The position numbers and the translations under genes were made by a program. From NCBI GenBank assembly GCA_017503375.1, contig JAFVTF010000071.1, positions 3,036 through 67,035 of the forward strand: 64,000 bases of DNA, read 5' to 3'. The stretch comes from Lentisphaeria bacterium. GTDB lineage: Bacteria > Verrucomicrobiota > Lentisphaeria > Victivallales > UBA1829. This document shows, piece by piece, positions 35,388 to 43,141 of the stretch (positions within the stretch are counted from its first letter, which is position 1; each line of letters begins with the position of its first letter). Under the pieces are notes generated by a model. That model saw only the letters and a list, made by a program, of their open reading frames with translations, did no database searches and was not told the DNA's origin.

Positions 35388-36191
35388 ATGACAAAAACAA
35401 TGAAAAAACGGATTCTGAAATTTACAATCGTTGAAATTCTTGTTGCGATGTCTGTTTTCGCAATTTTGATGCTGATTATCATGCAGATATTCGGTTCTCT
35501 TCAAAGCGTTTGGACAACCACATCGAACCGGACCCGGACAGCACAGAATGCCAATGTTATCATGAATATGCTGGTCGCAGATTTCCAGTCGGCTTATTAC
35601 AGTTTGGATGCAAAAGCCGAAAGTTCCTGGTGTTATTATCAGGGAGGAGCGGAATTGAGTGCATCCCAACCTCTCTGGTTCATAACAAGCCGTCAGAAAT
35701 CAATCCAGTCTGCAAACAGTGCTCAGGTGTTGACGGGCTACTGGATTGAAGAGGTAAAAAAAGATGATGTGGATTTGTTGGTATTGAAAAATCTGACAAT
35801 CTCCAATATGGATTATAAGATGATAGATGGAAGTGCTTTGAAAACATCTGAACTTTTCAACTATAAGTCTGTGAGCGAACCGGATGCAAAATTGAAAAAT
35901 GTTGACAGCTCGCTTAAGAAAATTGCTGTGGCGGTTGATGACAACATTGTTTCTTTCACGATTACACCGTATGTTAAAAGTGTAAATTCAACAAGTGGAG
36001 CAGTAAATTTCACCCAGCAGAGCGGACTTTGTAAAAAATTACCGTCTTATGTGGAAATTAAATTGCAGATACTTGATGATGATCCCTCTGTCAGAGAGGC
36101 TTATAAAGATGCCACTACTGATGAACGGAAGAAAATGATCCGGACATATACCCGCATTATCGAGATCAATCGCGGTCAATACTATGAATAA
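35388..36191 (+). CDS. GspJ-like minor pseudopilin
   Basis: MTKTMKKRILK-FTIVEILVAMSVFAILMLIIMQIFGSLQSVWTTTSNRTRTAQNANVIMNMLVADFQSAYY follows the GspJ N-terminal pattern. CAGGAG RBS. Confidence 0.7.
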   Translation: MTKTMKKRILKFTIVEILVAMSVFAILMLIIMQIFGSLQSVWTTTSNRTRTAQNANVIMNMLVADFQSAYYSLDAKAESSWCYYQGGAELSASQPLWFITSRQKSIQSANSAQVLTGYWIEEVKKDDVDLLVLKNLTISNMDYKMIDGSALKTSELFNYKSVSEPDAKLKNVDSSLKKIAVAVDDNIVSFTITPYVKSVNSTSGAVNFTQQSGLCKKLPSYVEIKLQILDDDPSVREAYKDATTDERKKMIRTYTRIIEINRGQYYE

Positions 36192-36205
36192 TCAGGAGGT
36201 GCAGT

Positions 36206-39200
36206 ATGAGAAAGATTAAATTCCTGAAAAACACAAAGAAATCCCAGCGCGGAGTTGCGTTGATATTTGCCCTGAGCATTCTCGGTTTGATGGTTGTCCT
36301 CGGGCTGACATTTGCTTCTCTTTCATTTTCAGAGCAGGCTGTTTCCCGCGGAAGTTCTGAACAGGAAGCCGCAAAGATCATGGCAAAGTCTGCCGTGAAC
36401 CGGATTATTGCTCTTTTGGAGAATAATACGGCAATTACGGAATCCGATAAAATTGTTTCCGGCGGCGATCCGAATAACTCCAATCACTACGATTTTCTGT
36501 GGAAAATGATTGCCTATCACGGGGATGTTCCCGGGGCTGGGGATATGCAGAAAAAGCTGGAAGACCGGATTAAAAACGGAACAGATTCTCCGTATTGGCA
36601 GTATATCATTGCTCCGAACAAAGATGGAGAGGATGAGATCGTGGGAAGATTTGCTTATGCCGCTTATCAGCCGGTCGGTCTGCTGGATCCTTATGTATCT
36701 GCTAAAAAAGCAACGGAAGGTTCCTCTCCAATCACCCGATTTGGGATGACACCAGATGAAATTGATTTGAAAGCTCTTGTTGGTGTAACAGTTCCCGGCG
36801 GTTCCGGGAATTTATCTGCCGATGATATTAATACACTTGGCTCAAAGAACGCTGACTCCGGCGTTTCTTCAGATATCGGCACTCCTGCGGCTCTTTTTGA
36901 GAGATTTTCTGCAACCACCATGACAGCCTTAAATTCAAACCTTCAATATCTTCCGTTAAGAAATAAATTGACGGCCTCCTGGTTCAGTATTCCGAGAACG
37001 CCTGCTTTGCCGGAACGGTACTACTACAAACTTCCGGCTGAGACAAATGAAAAAGAATATCATCGTTTTCCATTGAACCTTACACCTGTCGATTGGGGAA
37101 AAATTGGCATGGATCAGTTTACTTTGCAAAAGATGGATGATTCTGCTAATCCATCAGCGACTCTTTATGATGAATCTGCAGCCGCAAATGAAAAGGCTTC
37201 TCTCGGTATCCCGTGGTTCAATAAGGCCGATGATGATACCCGTCAAATTGCTGCAAACTTCCTGAGTTATTTCTCTCCGATTCCGGAGAATCTGACAGAA
37301 AAGAAATACTGGAGCGCAGATAATGAATCTGCGACATACACCGCAAACATGCGTACCCCGTACATCAATGACCTTTTGATGCATGTAAAACTGAATATGC
37401 TGGTTACTGACAAAATTGATGGTGATGTAGATAATCCTCAATACAAAAAGATTTTTACGGTTGAGATCAAACCGGAAATAGATGTTTATATCGAACTGGC
37501 AGATCTCTACGGAAAATCTCTGGACAGTATCTCATCTCTGACATTCAAGATGAAAGCCTTGAAAGACTTAAAAGCGAAACAAACGGCAAATGCTGTCATC
37601 TCTTTCAATGGCGGAGATATGCTTGCTGAAAATGCAATGCTGAAAGATATAAACTTTACAGTTACGAGTCCATCCGGTAATAAGTTCAATGCGGCAAATG
37701 GCGATATTTCCAATGTTTTCCCGGTGTTCCAAAAGACTGTAACAGCAACAAAGCCTTTTACAGCAACGATCACTGTACAGATGACACGTCCGGAGCTTGA
37801 AGGCGGCGGCTACGGTGATGCAACTTGTGATCCTGTTGAATTCAATGAGCCGCTGCAGACTTTCGTTATGGAAAAGCTCTCTCTGCTCATGTCTGCTAAA
37901 TTCAACGGCCGCTCTGCAGAACTCCCCATAGATTTGGCGAATATTTCGCTTGAAAAGACTGTTCCGGTTCTGGGTGCGGAGATCCCTCCGTCAAATCAGG
38001 TTTCTGATAAATGGGCTCCCTTCAAGCTGAATATCAATAACAAGGGAGAATATGAAGATGCCTCCCAGAAAGAACAGGAACGCAGTGTAATGTTCCGTTA
38101 CCGTGCAATAGATTCCGCAGCGAACCTGAAGCAGGAACACTGGGTGGAGTCCACCCCCGAATTTTTCAAGGATTCCGTTGATATTACGACGATTGATTCC
38201 TATCCCGGGTTGAACAATTTTTCAGAATTGAAAGCAGAAGGTCTGCTGACTCTTACAAAAAATGATGCACTTGATTATCATACATTGACCGCCAAAGTCA
38301 ATGGAACTGACAAGACATTCTTTGTAGATAAAGAAAAAGAACCTGCGGATAAAAATGCCGTGGAGGGGTATGGTGCGGTTCTTTCCACATCTTACATCCG
38401 TGGGCAGGTTTCCAATACAACGGAAGTTCAGTCTCCCTGGGAAATCGGCTTTATCCATCGCGGCATGCCGTACCAGACATTGAACATCAAACGGTTCAAT
38501 AAAAATTCTGCGGAAATCGGAAAATATGAAGATGGCGATGCGAATATTTTCGATTATATCAAAATCCTTCAGAAAGAAGATGATGGAACGGTTGCCGAAG
38601 AAAACAAAATTCATGCAAGAGGTCTTGTCAATCTTCAGAAGATTTCCCATCAGAATGAAAATTCTGAAAATGGTGGAAATCTTCCGGCAGCATACGCATT
38701 TTTCTCCAATATTGATCTTGGCTGGAAAATGGATAAGAATAACAATAAATTTGAACCGAAGACTGGGATAACATGGGAAAATACGCTGGCGCAGGCAAAA
38801 AATATTGTCAAAGAAATTGTAAAAGTCGTTGACAAGCCGAATTTTGCATTGAAGTCCAGAGCGGCAATTCTTGATCCTGTTTTGAATTTGCAAAAAGTTC
38901 TGGCAGTCGGGGATGATGATGCGGCAAAAGAAGAATTGATCGGCCGTTTTATCATGCTGACAACAGCAGATCCGGCAAAGGTGAATCTGTTCTCTGATTT
39001 CCTTGTTGTGACAGCGATTGCACAGCGGATTCAAATCGGTTCATCCATGTTCCCGGATAAGGAATGGCTGAATGACGGAACATTTGATTCCTTCCCGAAT
39101 AATCCGCCGTCGAATCTTCCGAACAATCTGACTGACAGAATTCAGCAGAATGCATGGATCGAAGCCGGTTACGGATATCGGAATTACAATGAATTCTGGC

Positions 39201-39388
39201 GGTTCAAGAAGAATGATTTTGTGAGTGCTGTAATGAAGCCGGATAAAAATGATTTAACTGCAGCGAATCGCAAAAAGAAGTTTTATCCAGGCTATGACAG
39301 AATTCTTTCCACTCAGAAAGTAATCGCATGGCTCCGGAAGAATGCAAATGGAAAATGGTATATTGAAAGGTTGGATTATGTTGATTAA
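36206..39388 (+). CDS. giant GspK/PilX-like minor pseudopilin (1060 aa)
   Basis: The N-terminus KKSQRG-VALIFALSILGLMVVLGLTFASLSFSEQAVSRGSSEQEAAKIMAKSAVNRIIALL matches the GspK/PilX_N pattern QRGvAL..vL and lacks Glu+5, as GspK does. It is followed by about 1000 aa with no recognisable motif. AGGAGG RBS. Confidence 0.7.
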   Translation: MRKIKFLKNTKKSQRGVALIFALSILGLMVVLGLTFASLSFSEQAVSRGSSEQEAAKIMAKSAVNRIIALLENNTAITESDKIVSGGDPNNSNHYDFLWKMIAYHGDVPGAGDMQKKLEDRIKNGTDSPYWQYIIAPNKDGEDEIVGRFAYAAYQPVGLLDPYVSAKKATEGSSPITRFGMTPDEIDLKALVGVTVPGGSGNLSADDINTLGSKNADSGVSSDIGTPAALFERFSATTMTALNSNLQYLPLRNKLTASWFSIPRTPALPERYYYKLPAETNEKEYHRFPLNLTPVDWGKIGMDQFTLQKMDDSANPSATLYDESAAANEKASLGIPWFNKADDDTRQIAANFLSYFSPIPENLTEKKYWSADNESATYTANMRTPYINDLLMHVKLNMLVTDKIDGDVDNPQYKKIFTVEIKPEIDVYIELADLYGKSLDSISSLTFKMKALKDLKAKQTANAVISFNGGDMLAENAMLKDINFTVTSPSGNKFNAANGDISNVFPVFQKTVTATKPFTATITVQMTRPELEGGGYGDATCDPVEFNEPLQTFVMEKLSLLMSAKFNGRSAELPIDLANISLEKTVPVLGAEIPPSNQVSDKWAPFKLNINNKGEYEDASQKEQERSVMFRYRAIDSAANLKQEHWVESTPEFFKDSVDITTIDSYPGLNNFSELKAEGLLTLTKNDALDYHTLTAKVNGTDKTFFVDKEKEPADKNAVEGYGAVLSTSYIRGQVSNTTEVQSPWEIGFIHRGMPYQTLNIKRFNKNSAEIGKYEDGDANIFDYIKILQKEDDGTVAEENKIHARGLVNLQKISHQNENSENGGNLPAAYAFFSNIDLGWKMDKNNNKFEPKTGITWENTLAQAKNIVKEIVKVVDKPNFALKSRAAILDPVLNLQKVLAVGDDDAAKEELIGRFIMLTTADPAKVNLFSDFLVVTAIAQRIQIGSSMFPDKEWLNDGTFDSFPNNPPSNLPNNLTDRIQQNAWIEAGYGYRNYNEFWRFKKNDFVSAVMKPDKNDLTAANRKKKFYPGYDRILSTQKVIAWLRKNANGKWYIERLDYVD

Positions 39389-40133
39389 GAAATTCACAGT
39401 TGTTTTTCTGACCGTGATTGCGGCGGGGCTTTCTGCTCAGTCTCTGAAACCGATGACTCAGGAAGAATTCAGGTACTATGAGTATCAGGTGTCTTCCGGA
39501 AAAATTGAACAGTACAGGAATCCTACCATGAATGAACAGGCTTGGAAGGATTTGATGAATGATATTATTGCTCAAATCATAGAAGTTCATGTTCCGCAGA
39601 ATATCCGTGATTGGAAACAGAAAGGCTCTGCCAAGGTTCCCAGCCGGAATAAAATCCGGCTTCTCGCACATCGTCTGCGGACATTGATTGAGAATCCCGA
39701 ACTGGTAGAAGTTTCCAGACAGCAGCTGAATTGGTTCAAAAATATTGGAAATGGATTCATCGAACTGGAAAATATCCAGACAAAAATGGTTCGTGCTGTC
39801 ATGGGTGGAAACGAAAAAGCATACAAAGAGCTGCTTTATCAGTACATGATGACTTCAAAAAAACTTAAAAAGCTGATGGATGACCGGGAAAAATGGCAGT
39901 TGTCCCGGAAAGAACTTGATTTCGTCCGCAAAAAAAATCTTGCTGTCCGCAGGAAAAAAGCAGAGGAACTCAAACGGCGGTATGAATTGACCAGAAAACT
40001 GTTGAAAGAAGGAAAACTGACTTGGACCATAAAGCCGAAGAATTCTGATAAATCCAATCAGAAAAATGATAAGAAAGCCGGACAGAAAGAAAATAAGAAG
40101 CAGATGAACAATAGAAGAGGAGCAGGACGATGA
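39378..40133 (+). CDS. secreted helical, Lys-rich hypothetical protein inside the pseudopilin operon
   Basis: The start is set at MLIKKFTVVFLTVIAAGLSAQS (signal peptide), overlapping the previous stop by 11 nt. The C-terminus is highly basic (KKAGQKENKKQMNNRRGAGR). Confidence 0.6.
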   Translation: MLIKKFTVVFLTVIAAGLSAQSLKPMTQEEFRYYEYQVSSGKIEQYRNPTMNEQAWKDLMNDIIAQIIEVHVPQNIRDWKQKGSAKVPSRNKIRLLAHRLRTLIENPELVEVSRQQLNWFKNIGNGFIELENIQTKMVRAVMGGNEKAYKELLYQYMMTSKKLKKLMDDREKWQLSRKELDFVRKKNLAVRRKKAEELKRRYELTRKLLKEGKLTWTIKPKNSDKSNQKNDKKAGQKENKKQMNNRRGAGR

Positions 40134-40963
40134 AAAGAGTTTCATGTTATTCACTGGTCGAACTTCTGACCGTTATTGTGATTGCCTCCATATTAATGGC
40201 TATAGCAGTCCCTGCAGTTTCCAGTATGATCCGGGGCAGTGCAACAACTCAGGCCGGACGGGAATTGATGAGCCGTATCCGTATTGCCAAAGGGTATGCT
40301 GTTTCCCGGCAGACTCCTGTTGCAATCGTGTTTTATACAACTGAAAAACCTTCCGGGGAAACTCTTTCTTCCAATTATGCATGTTCTGCATACCGGATCT
40401 GTTCTGTGAAATATGTTGAACCCAACAGCAAGAACAATATGTGGCAGGGATGGGTCTTCCAGGATTGGGTCAGTGAATGGTATTTCCTTCCGCGTGGAAT
40501 CGCAGTTGGTTTACCTGAAACAATGACAGCTGCTTTGCCTGCTGAATTGAGCAATGTTCTTCCGGGTACCGCTGAATCAGCAGATTCTTTGATCCGTATT
40601 GTAAAGGACAGCTCTTCTGAAGAAGATTTTTTCAAGGTGAGTACAGAAAAAGGGAGCGGAGTCTCTCCTGTTTACAACTGTGATCTTTCTGATATTTACC
40701 CGGAAAACAATAATCCTGTTGTTACATTCCGGAATGCGATCGTATTTAATGCTAACGGCATGATGGAAAAACCGAAGAATCTGACAAAGAAAGAGAATGA
40801 TGACGGAGCCCTTTATCCGGAAAAAGCGGTTATCATCCCCCTCAGAACTGCACTGATAGAGGATAACACTGTAACAGTGGAGGGCGCAGCTAACGAGTAT
40901 ATTCCTGTCAGAGTTGATCCTTCCGGAAAAACATATTTCTATGATGGTTATGTCAGTTATTAA
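40130..40963 (+). CDS. GspH/FimT-like minor pseudopilin (enlarged)
   Basis: ATGA overlap with the upstream gene. MKRVSC-YSLVELLTVIVIASILMAIAVPAVSSMIRGSATTQAGRELMSRIRIAKGYAVSRQTPVAIVF follows the GspH pattern. Confidence 0.7.
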   Translation: MKRVSCYSLVELLTVIVIASILMAIAVPAVSSMIRGSATTQAGRELMSRIRIAKGYAVSRQTPVAIVFYTTEKPSGETLSSNYACSAYRICSVKYVEPNSKNNMWQGWVFQDWVSEWYFLPRGIAVGLPETMTAALPAELSNVLPGTAESADSLIRIVKDSSSEEDFFKVSTEKGSGVSPVYNCDLSDIYPENNNPVVTFRNAIVFNANGMMEKPKNLTKKENDDGALYPEKAVIIPLRTALIEDNTVTVEGAANEYIPVRVDPSGKTYFYDGYVSY

Positions 40964-40980
40964 GGGTGGTGTTCTTTTTT

Positions 40981-41244
40981 ATGAAGCTTGAAAGATTGAT
41001 ATTGGGGCTGCTTCTGCTTCCCCTGGTTATTGCGATTTTTGTTATCTTATTTCCGCTGATTCTGATCTTCGGGATCATTGCGCTTTTCTTGCGCGGAAAT
41101 ACGGTTCGTACATTTGTCAAAACGAAAACACTCCGCAGTCAGACGTCAGAACCAAATCGGGAAGATGACGTGATTGATGTTGAAGTGATACGTTCCGAAG
41201 ATATCGGAGAAAAGAATGATATATCCGGACGGTCGCTCCGCTAA
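40981..41244 (+). CDS. small membrane protein
   Basis: MKLERLILGLLLLPLVIAIFVILFPLILIFGIIALFL gives two predicted TM helices. The track start, GTG 40966, is an alternative. Confidence 0.5.
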   Translation: MKLERLILGLLLLPLVIAIFVILFPLILIFGIIALFLRGNTVRTFVKTKTLRSQTSEPNREDDVIDVEVIRSEDIGEKNDISGRSLR

Positions 41245-42262
41245 ATGGTATCATAATCAGAGAACCATTAAAATTCTTTTATTCTCGACAGTTCTTGTCA
41301 TTGCAGGATTTCTCTTTTGGTTTTTCAATAAGCCGGCTGTTCTGGAGGATTTATCCGGAGGGAAATATCCGGAAACATTCCGTACAGTTTATCGTCCTTT
41401 GCAGAAGGAACTCCTTTTACTGCATGCAGAAGGTTTTTTTGAGCCTTCTGCAGCTCAAAGTGCTGTACCTGCCGTGTTTTTGGAATGGTATATGGCTCCC
41501 GAAACGCGATTGATCATTCATGAAAAAGATTTTTCTCCTGATATGTACCATTTACAGATCCGGAAGAGTCTGCAAACCGGAATGCGGGAAAAATGTATTT
41601 TCTTTTCCGAACCTTTGGAGAATCCGGTTCCCGGTGATTTATTCCGGACACTGACAGGTTGTTTCAATAAATATCTGGCACGGAAAAATTATAAAAAATG
41701 TGTTGATTTACTTGAGGATATGTTCTGTTTTTCCTCGCTTATATTGAATTCAAATGTTGCAGAAAGCTATTTTCTGTCAGAAAGTGTTAAGTATGGCAAA
41801 TTGTATGAACAGACTTTTGAAAAAAATCAGAAAGCTGCGTCGTTCTGGCGGAAAGTAAAATGGAAACTGGCTGGAAAATATCTTTTTTCCATGCATGGAA
41901 TCTATCGTCTGGAATGTCAGAAAATTATGGCTGACTACGAAAAAATCCGTATCAGCGGAATTCACATCTTTGATGAGAAGCCTGAAGGCAGTTCTCAATT
42001 TTTGGATGGCGTTGCAACATTTTCTGTTACCAGAATGATAGACGGCATTTCAACTTCGATCACTGATTATTTTTATGATGTTGATCGGGATCAAACCATG
42101 ACTCTTTCCATGTTGAGACGATTGCTCAACGACGGGATTTCTCCGGCGATGCTGGAACGTCCGAACCGGAAGATGAGCATCCGTTGTTTCCGCCGGATCA
42201 CAGATGATGCGGAAATTCTGTCATCTGCAATCCTTTATCTTGCCAATTCTTCGGATAAGTAA
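41216..42262 (+). CDS. membrane-anchored hypothetical protein, last gene of the pseudopilin operon
   Basis: 348 aa with one N-terminal TM segment (IKILLFSTVLVIAGFLFWFF) and no recognisable motifs. It overlaps the upstream ORF. Confidence 0.6.
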   Translation: MIYPDGRSAKWYHNQRTIKILLFSTVLVIAGFLFWFFNKPAVLEDLSGGKYPETFRTVYRPLQKELLLLHAEGFFEPSAAQSAVPAVFLEWYMAPETRLIIHEKDFSPDMYHLQIRKSLQTGMREKCIFFSEPLENPVPGDLFRTLTGCFNKYLARKNYKKCVDLLEDMFCFSSLILNSNVAESYFLSESVKYGKLYEQTFEKNQKAASFWRKVKWKLAGKYLFSMHGIYRLECQKIMADYEKIRISGIHIFDEKPEGSSQFLDGVATFSVTRMIDGISTSITDYFYDVDRDQTMTLSMLRRLLNDGISPAMLERPNRKMSIRCFRRITDDAEILSSAILYLANSSDK

Positions 42263-42265
42263 CTT

Positions 42266-42907
42266 TTATTTTCCGAGATCTGCATTCAAAACGGGAGCAT
42301 CTGCCGGACGGGACGAAATGATATCTCTGATGATATCTTCTTTTTCTGCAGTAGCATGACCATCTACATAAAGGATAACGCCGCGTCCGTTGTGACGGCC
42401 TGTGAATCTTGTGTCGTCATTTGCAGAACTGGCTGTATGGACGTAGTATGCCCGCTTATTTTCAAACATATATCCCTTGGATGATGGAGCTTTGATCTTT
42501 GTTACTTTTGCTTTGATCGTACCATCATCTTTGCCATGGATTCCCAACAGGTAAATACCAAAAGAGAAATACTGTTTTCCGGGATTCCAGTCATTGGGAT
42601 CTGTCAGAGATGGACACTTATAATATTTAACAAATTCTGTTTCCGGAACGAATCCACTGTATCTTGCATAGTAAAGAGTTGAGGGAGTTCCTCCGACGCG
42701 GTGGGCAAGAATAAAGTCATCATTGTTCTGAAAATACATTGTCAAATAGAGTCCGACCTGTTTTTTATTGGAAATACAATTAGCCTGGCGTCCGGATTCT
42801 CTTGCGTTATTCAACGCAGGAAGCAGCATCCCTGCAAGGATTGCAATGATTGCAATCACAACCAAAAGTTCGATCAATGTAAAACTTCTCTTGAAAAAGA
42901 TTTTCAT
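42266..42907 (-). CDS. DUF1559-family GspG-like pseudopilin-type protein
   Basis: [44 protein letters not shown]. The C-terminal [16 protein letters not shown] fits H-X9-DG exactly. It is convergent with the pseudopilin operon, with 3 nt between the stops. Confidence 0.85.
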   Translation of the reverse strand: MKIFFKRSFTLIELLVVIAIIAILAGMLLPALNNARESGRQANCISNKKQVGLYLTMYFQNNDDFILAHRVGGTPSTLYYARYSGFVPETEFVKYYKCPSLTDPNDWNPGKQYFSFGIYLLGIHGKDDGTIKAKVTKIKAPSSKGYMFENKRAYYVHTASSANDDTRFTGRHNGRGVILYVDGHATAEKEDIIRDIISSRPADAPVLNADLGK

Positions 42908-42962
42908 GCTGTCCGATTCCTGTGTTATTTTAATCTGTTTAATCTGTTACTACTGTTATATA

Positions 42963-42991
42963 TTATAACACAAAAAGTGAATTTTGTCAAG
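42963..42991 (-). promoter_or_regulatory. consensus sigma70 promoter TTGACA-17-TATAAT for the DUF1559 gene
   Basis: The minus strand reads TTGACAaaattcactttttgtgtTATAAT (plus-strand TGTCAA at 42986..42991, ATTATA at 42963..42968). It lies about 55 nt upstream of ATG 42907. Confidence 0.55.
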
Positions 42992-43067
42992 TAGTTACAG
43001 CAAAAAAAATATTATTTTGTACCTTGTAAAACTAATCTGACAAACTTGCATTTACTTTTTCAAATAA

Positions 43068-43115
43068 CCAAAAATTATCAGTCCCGCTTGAAAAAGATAT
43101 TCTCAGACGGGACTG
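43068..43115 (-). terminator. terminator downstream of the P-type ATPase
   Basis: Stem CAGTCCCG (43079..43086) / CGGGACTG (43108..43115). On the minus strand it is followed by ATAATTTTTGG. Confidence 0.5.
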
Positions 43116-43141
43116 CTTTTGTTCAGATGGTGTTTTTCAGC

